From an uncultured Thermococci archaeon (GTDB taxonomy: Archaea; Methanobacteriota_B; Thermococci; Thermococcales; Thermococcaceae), in NCBI GenBank assembly GCA_964487115.1, contig CAZAPD010000037.1:1-16468 (forward strand): 16,468 nt of DNA, read 5' to 3'. Position 1 is the first letter of the stretch. Every line of letters begins with the position of its first letter. The notes below the pieces were generated by a model that was not told the DNA's origin, did not search any database, and was given only the letters and a program-made list of their open reading frames with translations. Positions 7,890-15,987 of the stretch are shown here, in pieces. Made by a program: the position numbers and the translations under genes.

Positions 7890-9471
7890 AATTGCCTTTG
7901 TTGAGACCCCAAAACCCATAGCAGAACTGATGGTTGAGCTTGCTTCAGCCCCAAAGGATGGGCTGGTGCTTGACAGTGGTTGTGGGAGGGGAGTCTTTCT
8001 TAAAGCCCTTGTGAAAAGAGGATATAAAAATTGCATTGGGATTGAACTCGATGAGAAGCTTAGTGATGAATGTAGGAAATCATGCCCTATGTGTGAAATA
8101 ATCACTGGTGATTATCTGGACTACAATCCTCGGATTAAATTCGATTTAATAATCGGAAACCCGCCATATGCTCATTTCAATCAGCTTCCCGAAGAAATAG
8201 CCAAAAAAGTTAACAGACTTATAAAAACAAAGAAGGGAGATATATACTATGCATTCATCGTGAAATCTATTGACCTTCTTAAACCCGGAGGGGAGCTTAT
8301 ATACATTGTTCCCTATCACTTCTTTTACAACACCTATGCGAGGATTGTGAGGGAGAAGATTCTGAAAAATGGAAAGCTTGAAATCGTGATAGATCTTGAC
8401 GAGGTCAGGCTTTTTAAAGGTGAAAGCCCTGAAACTGTTATCTTCAGGTTCAGAAAAGGCAGATATGACCTCAGTAAAGAAAAGATTGAGCTTATAGTAA
8501 TCAGAAGAAATGCTACAGCCAGTGAGATCAAGGAAGGTGTTTTGAGGGTTCTGAAGAAGAAAACCCCAACCCAGCTCTTTGACTACACTGTGATTGAGCA
8601 CTACAGAAATGCCGAGGAAGCATGGTCTACTCTTCCCCTTTCAGAAAACATGGAATTCCCCTCAGTGCCATTGAACAGGTTGGCAAAAGTGGGCGTTGGG
8701 CTTGTATCAGGCTTTGACAGGGCCTTTCTGGTAAGCGAGGAGGAACTTTCAGAGTTTACAGAAGAGGAACTCAAACTGATTAAAAAGTTTATAAAGTCCA
8801 AGAACTGCAGAAGATTTATCACAGAAGGATTTGAATATTATATACTAATTCCTGATGAGATAAAGGATGAAAAAGCACTCGCCGAAAGATATCCGAACAT
8901 ATACAGTAGAATCGTTAGCTTCAAGGAGATCATGGAGAAAAGGTACCTTCCAAAAAACAAAAAATGGTTCAACTGGCAGGCTCTCAGGAACTATGGATTT
9001 CTGATTGAGAACTTGGAGAAGAAAAGGATCTACGTCCCGACTCTCGACAGAAAACCCTACAACAGATTCAGCCTTGCAGAAGGAGGATACCTGCCTTCTG
9101 GTGATGTTCTCTTCATCCAACCGTATGAGGAGAACGACCTTTATTTCTTGCTTGGATATCTAAACAGCAGCTTTTTCAGGCGTTATTACCTATCCCGCGG
9201 AGGGAGGAGAGGAGGTAGGGTTTCCTTTACCCAGCGACTCCTTGAAAAGGTCGATATACCACTGTTCGATGCTGAGACGAGAGAGAGGATTTCGGAGAAG
9301 ACATTTGAGATAATGAAACGTCTGAAGAATGGAGGAGATGCATCCGAACTTGAAGATGATTTAGAGAGGATAATTTTGGATGCTCTCGTGATGAGGCGTT
9401 TTCATAAGGAAAAGAGCAAAAAGAAAGAACATACATTGGATGAGTACCTAAAGCGATTCTCTCGGAGATAA
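7882..9471 (+). CDS. N6-adenine DNA methyltransferase, gamma class (TaqI/HincII/Eco57I-type) with C-terminal target-recognition region
   Basis: Motif order X (ETPKPIAELMV), I (VLDSGCGRGVF), IV (DLIIGNPPY), then LKPGGELIYIVP. C-terminal LLGYLNS…IP segment is typical of the TaqI-like C-terminus. Confidence 0.92.
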   Translation: MSRIAFVETPKPIAELMVELASAPKDGLVLDSGCGRGVFLKALVKRGYKNCIGIELDEKLSDECRKSCPMCEIITGDYLDYNPRIKFDLIIGNPPYAHFNQLPEEIAKKVNRLIKTKKGDIYYAFIVKSIDLLKPGGELIYIVPYHFFYNTYARIVREKILKNGKLEIVIDLDEVRLFKGESPETVIFRFRKGRYDLSKEKIELIVIRRNATASEIKEGVLRVLKKKTPTQLFDYTVIEHYRNAEEAWSTLPLSENMEFPSVPLNRLAKVGVGLVSGFDRAFLVSEEELSEFTEEELKLIKKFIKSKNCRRFITEGFEYYILIPDEIKDEKALAERYPNIYSRIVSFKEIMEKRYLPKNKKWFNWQALRNYGFLIENLEKKRIYVPTLDRKPYNRFSLAEGGYLPSGDVLFIQPYEENDLYFLLGYLNSSFFRRYYLSRGGRRGGRVSFTQRLLEKVDIPLFDAETRERISEKTFEIMKRLKNGGDASELEDDLERIILDALVMRRFHKEKSKKKEHTLDEYLKRFSRR

Positions 9472-9499
9472 GTAGGGGGCACAGAGGTTTAGAGATTTA

Positions 9500-9514
9500 G
9501 GGAAAACTTTAAAA
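9500..9514 (+). promoter_or_regulatory. BRE/TATA promoter of rps17e
   Basis: GGGAAAACTTTAAAA about 55 bp upstream of the start codon. Confidence 0.6.
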
Positions 9515-9569
9515 CGGCTTTGCGGGATTGAGTTATGGCTAAAAGCTCAAGATTATCGGGGGGATGATA

Positions 9570-9773
9570 ATGGGAAACATCAGGCAAGGTTTCATTAAAA
9601 AAGTTGCCAGGGAGCTCTTTGATAGGTATCCAAATGAATTCACAAGGGATTTTGAATATAACAAGAAGAAAGTTGAAGAGCTCACCACAGTCCAGAGCAA
9701 AACTATAAGAAACAGAATAGCAGGTTACATAACAAAACTCGTGAGAATGAAAGAAGAAGGAAAAATACTTTAA
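9570..9773 (+). CDS. rps17e: 30S ribosomal protein S17e
   Basis: [11 protein letters not shown]…DFEYNKK…[13 protein letters not shown] signature. ATG 9570 is preferred over 9564 from RBS spacing. Confidence 0.97.
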   Translation: MGNIRQGFIKKVARELFDRYPNEFTRDFEYNKKKVEELTTVQSKTIRNRIAGYITKLVRMKEEGKIL

Positions 9774-10387
9774 AGTGAAAGGTCTTCTTTTATCCTTTTT
9801 AGATCATTTAAAATTTCTTTTGGAAGCATGGGAGCAATTTCTTCCATTAATCTTTCAAATTGTGCTATATTTTCCTGAGCAATTCTTCTCATCAGGTTTT
9901 CTATATATGTTTCTGTGAGCAATCTAACCTCTTCAAGTTCCTGTTTCATCCTGATATATTCATTTATCTTATCTTCCACTTCCTCAAGAAATTCTGCGAG
10001 TTCTTTTATTTTGATCTCCGCAGGTTCTGCAGATTTTATTAGGGCCCTCGCTTGCTTGTATTTTTCAGTTTCCATTGGCTTCTTCGGTTCATACATTGAA
10101 GTTCCAAATATGTAAGGGGTCAATAGAACTTCAAGACGGAAGCCCCGTCGTATCGTATAATATTTTCTCGGTCTTCCTCTTGGTATTTTCTCCGTCCTCC
10201 CTTCAATGAGTCCAGCATTCTCAAGAATCCTGAGATGTTCGAGAACAGCTTTTTGCCCGACTCCAAGCTCCTGAGAAAGCTCGCTTACAAAATAGGGTCG
10301 TTTAGTAAGCAGAAGAAGAATTCGACGTCTCGTCTCATTTCCAAGTACATCTAAAAGTCTCCCCATTTCTTCCTGATTCGATACCAT
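9770..10387 (-). CDS. ArsR-family winged HTH transcriptional regulator with C-terminal coiled coil
   Basis: [10 protein letters not shown]…[28 protein letters not shown]…GRPRKYY. RBS GGGGGTGA. Confidence 0.9.
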   Translation of the reverse strand: MVSNQEEMGRLLDVLGNETRRRILLLLTKRPYFVSELSQELGVGQKAVLEHLRILENAGLIEGRTEKIPRGRPRKYYTIRRGFRLEVLLTPYIFGTSMYEPKKPMETEKYKQARALIKSAEPAEIKIKELAEFLEEVEDKINEYIRMKQELEEVRLLTETYIENLMRRIAQENIAQFERLMEEIAPMLPKEILNDLKRIKEDLSL

Positions 10388-10425
10388 TCTTTCACCCCCT
10401 TTCCTAACCTAATGTAAGAAAAGGG

Positions 10426-10442
10426 AGCTTTAAGTTTTTCGG
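10426..10442 (-). promoter_or_regulatory. BRE/TATA promoter of ArsR-family gene
   Basis: Minus strand reads CCGAAAAACTTAAGCTC about 40-55 bp upstream of the ATG. Confidence 0.5.
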
Positions 10443-10462
10443 TACTGGAGACAAAATAAAAA

Positions 10463-11041
10463 TCATGGAATAATGTGGTGCTTCCTGCATCTGGCTTCGT
10501 AACTTTCTCTTCCTCCTACTAATATTACAGGAGAATCTCGGGGGGCTGGTTTTCCATTGATCAAACGCTGTGTTCTGGTAGCTGGGGCTCCACATACTGT
10601 GCAGATAGCTGTCAGATAAACGATGTTATCGGCTCTAACAAGAAGTTCTTTAGTAACGGGAAATGGATCTCCCTTGAAATCAAGGTTCAATCCTGAAGCA
10701 ATCACATATACTCCATCATCAGCCAATCGGTTGAGCATTTCAACAACAGGCATCGGAAAGAACTGCACCTCATCAATTCCAATAACTTCGAACCCCTCTT
10801 TCTTCGTTATGTCTTCAATCATCTCGACACCTTTCCCGTCTGTGGGTATTACAAAAGCATCATATCTCAGTCCATTGTGAGCAACCACCTCACTTTCACT
10901 GTATCTGTTGTCAATAGCAGGTTTAAACAGAGCTGCCTTTCTTTTAGCGAATATCTGTCTTTCAATCCTTTTTATGAGCTCTGTGGTCTTCCCAGCAAAC
11001 ATAGGCCCGGTGATAACTTCGAGGAATCCTTCCGGATGCAT
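10463..11041 (-). CDS. tdk: Thymidine kinase (type II, TK1-like)
   Basis: P-loop GPMFAGKTTEL, IDEVQF, GLNLDF, zinc site CTVC…RCRKH and lasso region VGGRESYEARCR. Confidence 0.95.
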   Translation of the reverse strand: MHPEGFLEVITGPMFAGKTTELIKRIERQIFAKRKAALFKPAIDNRYSESEVVAHNGLRYDAFVIPTDGKGVEMIEDITKKEGFEVIGIDEVQFFPMPVVEMLNRLADDGVYVIASGLNLDFKGDPFPVTKELLVRADNIVYLTAICTVCGAPATRTQRLINGKPAPRDSPVILVGGRESYEARCRKHHIIP

Positions 11042-11162
11042 TAAATTCTCACCAATTCTGGAATGCTCAAAGGTATTAAAACCTCTTTGTGTTCAATTTT
11101 TGACAGAAAGGCAACCCTCACCAAGAAATGTTGAAGTTTGGGTAACCGACTTATAAACTGAG

Positions 11163-11182
11163 TAGAAAATAAAAGGGAAATG
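11163..11182 (-). terminator. Pyrimidine-rich terminator after rbcL
   Basis: Minus strand CATTTCCCTTTTATTTTCTA shortly after the TGA. Confidence 0.5.
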
Positions 11183-11184
11183 GA

Positions 11185-12519
11185 TCAAACTGGAGTAACA
11201 TGACCCCACTTTTCAAGGGCTCTCGCAAGCTCTTTATGACTCTTAGCGTATTCATCGAGTGGGATTCCCTGCATGATGGCATCGATGGCTTGTCTCGCTG
11301 CCATAGCTCCTGCTCTTGGACCGTCCGGATGTCCCATTGTCCCGCCACCGAGCTGGAGGACTATGTCCTTCCCAAGGATTCTTATAACCGGTTCAATGTT
11401 ACCGGGATGTAAGCCTCCTGAGCTCGTTGGAAAGACGGACTTTATGTGATAGAACTTCTGATCAAGATGGAATAAATCGTTTTCTTCAGGTCGATAGTGG
11501 TGTTCTCTCAGTATTCTGGTGTTCTGAAGAACATCCCACTCACTTCCTTCAAGCTTACCCACACCTGCTGTGCCTACATGAAGCTGGTCGACACCTATAA
11601 CCCTGTAGAGCTTGGCAAGAACAAACATGGAGATACCATGATAGGGGTTTCTGTCAAAGGCGGCATGCATTGCCCTGTGGGCATGGATGGCTATTCCATA
11701 ATCTTCAGCCAGATCACGGATGTGGCGGAGCGCCGCCCATCCAACCACAACAACGTCTACCATGGCATGAGGATTCCCCAAATCTGCTAAAAGTTCAAGT
11801 CTGCTTTCCATTTCTATGATGTCGGCTGTTATGTTAGCAAACCATGTCTTCTTTTCTCCTGTCTCGTTTTCAACTTTTTCCATTACTCTGCTTATTTTCT
11901 TGGCCCTCACATCGAAGGGGCAGTACCATGCACTTGTAACGTTCTCATCATCCTTCAGGTAGTCTGCTCCACCACTGAAGAGCTCGTATGCGAGTTTTTC
12001 AATCTCCTCCGGGCTGTAGCCAACCTTTGGTTTTGGGACCACTCCGTAGAGTGGTCTGTCCCTAATATCGAGAAGCTTCCTGACACCTTCAATGCCATGT
12101 CCTGGTCCGTCGAAATCTCTGAGGAATTTCTCTGGCAGATATATATCCTCAAGCCTGAGAGCCTCCACACGCTTCATTCCAAAGATATTCCCCGCAACAG
12201 ATGCAAGAAATCCGGGAAGATTGCCCTCTTCAAATGTATGGAAAGGATATGCTATCCTCACTATCCACGAACCGTCTCCCATATCATGGAAGTAGTAAGC
12301 CTTGGCTGAGAGATCAGCCCATCTTTCGTGCTCATACCATGAATACAGGGTTGTCCAAGTCCCTGTAGAACTCTCGGCGGCAACAGCTCCAGCGGCTTCT
12401 TCAATGCTGAAGCCCTTAGCGGGAGTTATGCGGAAAACAGCTATGATATCCCTCTTTGGATTCGGCTCATACTCCTTATCCACATAGTAGTCGTATATTT
12501 TGTCAAATTTTTCTGGCAT
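11185..12519 (-). CDS. rbcL: Form III ribulose-1,5-bisphosphate carboxylase (archaeal RuBisCO)
   Basis: ESSTGTW, GNIFGMK, PKPKVG, DYLKDDE (carbamylated Lys), HAHRAMH, GKLEG, SSGGLH and QLGGG motifs. The full catalytic set indicates a bona fide RuBisCO rather than a RuBisCO-like protein. Confidence 0.97.
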   Translation of the reverse strand: MPEKFDKIYDYYVDKEYEPNPKRDIIAVFRITPAKGFSIEEAAGAVAAESSTGTWTTLYSWYEHERWADLSAKAYYFHDMGDGSWIVRIAYPFHTFEEGNLPGFLASVAGNIFGMKRVEALRLEDIYLPEKFLRDFDGPGHGIEGVRKLLDIRDRPLYGVVPKPKVGYSPEEIEKLAYELFSGGADYLKDDENVTSAWYCPFDVRAKKISRVMEKVENETGEKKTWFANITADIIEMESRLELLADLGNPHAMVDVVVVGWAALRHIRDLAEDYGIAIHAHRAMHAAFDRNPYHGISMFVLAKLYRVIGVDQLHVGTAGVGKLEGSEWDVLQNTRILREHHYRPEENDLFHLDQKFYHIKSVFPTSSGGLHPGNIEPVIRILGKDIVLQLGGGTMGHPDGPRAGAMAARQAIDAIMQGIPLDEYAKSHKELARALEKWGHVTPV

Positions 12520-12525
12520 GGAAAT

Positions 12526-12575
12526 ACCTCCATTTTTTGTTATTATCGATTGTATAGGTGTATATAAAAATGCTG
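12526..12575 (-). promoter_or_regulatory. rbcL promoter and RBS
   Basis: Minus-strand TTTATATA (12568-12561) and GGAGGT RBS (12531-12526). Confidence 0.6.
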
Positions 12576-12837
12576 TGGTACATAAATGGGCTTTATCAGG
12601 CGTTTTGTGATGTTAGAAAGTTAAAGCTCCAGACTATGAGGAATATTAAAATTAAATGTAAGATTAAATTAAAGCCTAAATACTCCATAAATTTCCAAAT
12701 TATGCTAATATACCAGAGTTTTGAAATAGACGCATCACTCTATAAAATAGCTCTTCTTTGATATTAGCTTAACATTGCTCAAATTCGAGTATCTCATGGT
12801 AAAGCTATTGAAATATTGCCTTCAAAACGCCCCATTT

Positions 12838-12853
12838 CCGAAAGGTTTATATA
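12838..12853 (+). promoter_or_regulatory. Strong BRE/TATA promoter of histone gene
   Basis: CCGAAAGG-TTTATATA consensus match. RBS AGGAGGT at 12902-12908. Confidence 0.8.
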
Positions 12854-12915
12854 GGACTTTATTCCTAAAATAAAATGCAGATATTTGCAAAAACAAAATT
12901 TAGGAGGTTGGAAAA

Positions 12916-13119
12916 ATGGCTGAGTTACCAATTGCCCCGGTTGACAGATTGATTAGAAAGGCTGGTGCTCCAAGAGTTAGTGAGGAAGCTGCCAAGGTTC
13001 TTGCCGAGCACCTTGAGGAGAAGGGCCTTGAAATCGCCAAGAAGGCCGTTGAGCTTGCCCACCACGCTGGCAGGAAGACGGTCAAAGCCGAGGACATTAA
13101 GCTTGCAATCAAGGCCTGA
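12916..13119 (+). CDS. hpkB: Archaeal histone (HMf family; histone B type by sequence and position)
   Basis: [21 protein letters not shown]…[16 protein letters not shown] histone fold. Position beside rbcL matches my recollection of the T. kodakarensis HTkB locus. Confidence 0.95.
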   Translation: MAELPIAPVDRLIRKAGAPRVSEEAAKVLAEHLEEKGLEIAKKAVELAHHAGRKTVKAEDIKLAIKA

Positions 13120-13149
13120 AGGCCTTTTTCCTGATTTTTAACTCTTTTT
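13111..13149 (+). terminator. Histone gene terminator (short hairpin plus oligo-T tracts)
   Basis: AAGGCC-TGAA-GGCCTT hairpin followed by TTT, TTTTT and TTTTT tracts. Confidence 0.6.
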
Positions 13150-13642
13150 ACCAGACTTTTATTTGCTCAACTTTGACGTTTGCTCCGCTAATCTCCATGA
13201 GAGCAAAGCTTGCACTCCCCATTCTTGGGAATGTTGGGGAACCGGGATTCAACAGAATTATTCGTTTTCCATGGAATATTCTATCCTCGTAAAAATAGCG
13301 ATGTGTATGTCCAAAAATAAGAATATCAACACCCATCTCAAGTGCTTTATAACTCAGCATTTGGGCATTTAAACCCAAGAACTGGTGTCCATGTACCATG
13401 CCAACTTTCAGTCCTTCTATATTTATTATCTCCTCTTCGGGAAACAGTAGATGATCAGCATTTCCTCTGACCACTATCAAAGGTGCTACCTTTCCAAGTC
13501 TATTAAAAAGTTCTTTTGATGTTACATCTCCTGCATGAAGTATTAAGTCCACGCCTTCACCTTCAAATCTCTCAAAAAGAATAGGGGGAACGTATTTTGT
13601 TTTATCGCCGTGATGAGTGTCACTAACGACCCCTACAATCAT
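13148..13642 (-). CDS. Metallophosphoesterase, YfcE/MJ0936 family
   Basis: SDTH, HAGD, VRGNAD, HGH, GHTH and NPGS motifs. Confidence 0.92.
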   Translation of the reverse strand: MIVGVVSDTHHGDKTKYVPPILFERFEGEGVDLILHAGDVTSKELFNRLGKVAPLIVVRGNADHLLFPEEEIINIEGLKVGMVHGHQFLGLNAQMLSYKALEMGVDILIFGHTHRYFYEDRIFHGKRIILLNPGSPTFPRMGSASFALMEISGANVKVEQIKVW

Positions 13643-13651
13643 GGAAATACC

Positions 13652-14563
13652 TCAAAGTGGAATATTTATATGCAGTCTGTCAACAAGTTCCTTATAACGG
13701 TTTCTTACAGTAACTTCAGTTACGTGGGCAACTTCTGCAACTTCTCTTTGAGTCCTTTTTTCTCCTTCCAACAGGCCTGCTACATATAAGGCTGCAGCTG
13801 CGAGTCCCATTGGTCCTTTACCACTTGTTATTCCGATCTGAATAGCGTCGTTTAATATTTTTTTAGCTTTGTTTTTAGTTTTCTGAGTCAGACCAAGCTG
13901 ATCCCCAAAACGATCCACATATTCAACTGGACTTGTTGGCTTAAGGTTTAATCCCAGCCCCCTTGCAAGAAATCTGTAGCTCCTGCCGATATCCTTTTTG
14001 CTAACCTTTGATACTCTCGCAATCTCGTCAAGAGTTCTTGGAATACCTTCCATCCTGCAAGCAGCATAAAGGGCAGCAGAAACCATTCCTTCAATGGATC
14101 TGCCACGGATGAGTTTTTTCATGACTGCCCTTCTGTAGAGAGAAGCAGCCGCTTCTTTAACTCTTCTTGGGAGTCTCATCTGAGCTGCCATTCTATCGAG
14201 CTCACTGAGAGCAAAAGCTAAATTCCTCTCAGCGGCATCATTTATCCTCATCCTGCGTTGCCACATCCTGAGCCTGCGCATCTTTGTCCTGTACATGCCC
14301 TTTATTTGATTGCCGTGAATGTCTCTGTCTCGCCAGTCAATATCAGTTGAGAGTCCTTTGTCATGTATCATAAGGGTCATCGGTGCACCAGTTCTTGCTC
14401 TCTTGGCCTTTTGGTCAGCGTCAAAAGCCCTCCATTCAGGCCCAGAGTCAATAGCATTCTGCTCAAGAACATATCCACATTTTGCACAGACGAGCTCGCC
14501 CCTGCTGGGGTCATAAAACAATTTATCCGAACCACATATCGGACACACTTTCTTTTCAATCAA
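13652..14563 (-). CDS. tfb: Transcription initiation factor IIB (TFB, TFB2-type paralogue)
   Basis: Zn ribbon CPICGS…CAKCG, B-reader PEWRAF, cyclin repeats ([37 protein letters not shown]). TTG start after the GGGGGTGA RBS. Confidence 0.97.
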   Translation of the reverse strand: MIEKKVCPICGSDKLFYDPSRGELVCAKCGYVLEQNAIDSGPEWRAFDADQKAKRARTGAPMTLMIHDKGLSTDIDWRDRDIHGNQIKGMYRTKMRRLRMWQRRMRINDAAERNLAFALSELDRMAAQMRLPRRVKEAAASLYRRAVMKKLIRGRSIEGMVSAALYAACRMEGIPRTLDEIARVSKVSKKDIGRSYRFLARGLGLNLKPTSPVEYVDRFGDQLGLTQKTKNKAKKILNDAIQIGITSGKGPMGLAAAALYVAGLLEGEKRTQREVAEVAHVTEVTVRNRYKELVDRLHINIPL

Positions 14564-14569
14564 AAGCTC

Positions 14570-14863
14570 TCACCCCCTTTTTCTGGGGGCAGGGCGTTTT
14601 TTCTTTTTCTTTATGTTCTTTCTGCCTGATCGGGATTTTCTGACATCCACATAAAGAGTTTCACCAATGTAACTTTCAGGGTTTTTTACTTTCGGTTTAA
14701 TAGCTATATACGGAGCCTTTACGGGCCCAAAAACATCCTTCACTGTACCCACTACTGTAAGTTTTTTATCAATGACTTTATCGTTCAATGAAGGAATCCA
14801 ATCCGAGCGAAGAATTAAAAAACCCTGCTTAGCATAATGAGAAACCCTACCTAATCTTTTCAT
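14570..14863 (-). CDS. gar1: H/ACA RNP component Gar1
   Basis: MKRLGRVSHYAKQG…VGTVKDVFGPVKAPYIAIKP with a basic tail. True start is ATG 14863 (RBS GGGGTGGGG), not 14959. Confidence 0.92.
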   Translation of the reverse strand: MKRLGRVSHYAKQGFLILRSDWIPSLNDKVIDKKLTVVGTVKDVFGPVKAPYIAIKPKVKNPESYIGETLYVDVRKSRSGRKNIKKKKKRPAPRKRG

Positions 14864-14886
14864 AGCCCCACCCCAATGAGATACCC

Positions 14887-14948
14887 TTTTAAAGTTTTCG
14901 TTTTTGTCTTTATAAAATTTTTGGTAAATTTTCGAAAGCTTTTTATTT
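14887..14948. promoter_or_regulatory. Divergent promoter region for gar1-tfb operon and kinase
   Basis: Minus strand CGAAAACTTTAAAA (14900-14887) and TTTTATAAAG (about 14917-14908). Plus strand CGAAAGCTTTTTATTT (14933-14948). Confidence 0.5.
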
Positions 14949-14996
14949 GACACAAACATAGAATTAAAGTTGAATTAACTAAATTTGGGTGAGCTC

Positions 14997-15839
14997 ATGA
15001 AGTGTCTTGTGGTTGGTCACCTAACGAGGGATATTATAATCAGAGGCTCAAACATTGAAGAGAGGGTGGGTGGCGGTGCATATTATTCAGCATTTGCGCT
15101 ATCCAAATTCTGTTCTCCTGTGATTTTAACCTCTATCAGTCAGGATTTTCCAAAGGAATGGCTTGAAACTTTGGAGAGTTATGGTGTTGAGGTTATTGTA
15201 TTTCCATCCAGAGAAACGACAACGTATGAGCTACGTTATTCCAACAGCAACAAGAGAAAACTTAGACTTCTTTTGAGAGCAGGCGACATTAAAAAACTTC
15301 CCACAGAAAATTATGATATCGTTCTGTTGAATCCAGTTGCCGGTGAGATTCCAAAAAGTGTAGTAGAAAGTGCTAAAAAGAGATTCCCCTCTGTCTCTGC
15401 AGACGTTCAGGGTTTTATCAGAGAGCCCATAACAGGGGAGGTTAGGTTTAAGGAGATAAATGCATCATTTCTGGAGGGTTTAAAGGTGTTGCATTCTGAT
15501 AAAGATGAATTTTCATACTTAAATACACTAAACCCAGCGAATGTTGAGGTTCTCCTAATCTCAAATGGGTCGAATCCTGGAATTGCGCATCATTTGGGGA
15601 TATCATACTCTTACTGGCCTGTTAAACTCGATGTTCCTGAATCCACCGGTGCGGGTGATGTCTTTCTGGCATCGTTCACGTATTTTTATAAAAAACATCC
15701 GTTTATTGAAGCACTTAGAAAGGCAAATGCATTTACTGCGTTGTTTTTGAAATACCGGCATTTTGAGTTCTCAATGAATGAGGTAAATGGACTTGCAACC
15801 AGCATTTTTGTTGAACGAAGTCCTGTTGTGATTCCTTAG
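14997..15839 (+). CDS. Ribokinase/PfkB-family carbohydrate kinase, probable myo-inositol kinase
   Basis: VGHLTRD, GGGAYYS, DVQGF and STGAGDVF motifs. Position divergent from gar1 matches my recollection of T. kodakarensis TK2285 (myo-inositol 3-kinase). ATG 14997 follows the GGGTGA RBS. Confidence 0.8.
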   Translation: MKCLVVGHLTRDIIIRGSNIEERVGGGAYYSAFALSKFCSPVILTSISQDFPKEWLETLESYGVEVIVFPSRETTTYELRYSNSNKRKLRLLLRAGDIKKLPTENYDIVLLNPVAGEIPKSVVESAKKRFPSVSADVQGFIREPITGEVRFKEINASFLEGLKVLHSDKDEFSYLNTLNPANVEVLLISNGSNPGIAHHLGISYSYWPVKLDVPESTGAGDVFLASFTYFYKKHPFIEALRKANAFTALFLKYRHFEFSMNEVNGLATSIFVERSPVVIP

Positions 15840-15940
15840 CGAATTATCGGAGGGATTACATAGTCCCGTAATAGTTTTGCTGCCATATATCAACGGACTC
15901 TTCCATCAGATTGTTATGTGAATTACTACGCATGTGAATA

Positions 15941-15982
15941 CTAAAAACTTAAATATCAAGATAATTAAAGTATTATTGGTGA
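15941..15982 (+). promoter_or_regulatory. BRE/TATA and RBS of terminal DUF4855-like gene
   Basis: CTAAAAACTTAAATA (15941-15955), GGTGA (15978-15982), ATG at 15988. Confidence 0.6.
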
Positions 15983-15987
15983 AACTA

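Noticed and set aside
6660..9436. Shadow ORFs over DUF371 and the R-M cassette (6660-7040, 7130-7339, 8146-8601 and others), including a possible C-protein
   Set aside because: None shows a helix-turn-helix or other family signature; all are antisense to better genes.
9528..9550. TTGAG…CTCAA inverted repeat before rps17e as an autoregulatory RNA hairpin
   Set aside because: Weak stem that probably straddles the transcription start, so it is unlikely to be fully in the mRNA.
11185..12519. RuBisCO as evidence of Calvin-cycle autotrophy, or as a RuBisCO-like protein
   Set aside because: Catalytic motifs are complete and of form III type. No phosphoribulokinase or small subunit is nearby, and its known role in this group is nucleoside metabolism.
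12558..12761. 67-aa ORF in the rbcL-histone intergenic region
   Set aside because: Starts on top of the rbcL TATA box, has no convincing RBS, and its composition simply reflects AT-rich DNA.
14997..15839. Pyrophosphate-dependent kinase
   Set aside because: Has the ordinary GAGD anion-hole motif rather than the Arg-containing variant I recall for PPi-dependent members.
15840..15935. Short open stretch (ELSEGLHSPVIVLLPYINGLFHQIVM*) as a gene remnant
   Set aside because: Too short, with no start signal or recognisable homology.
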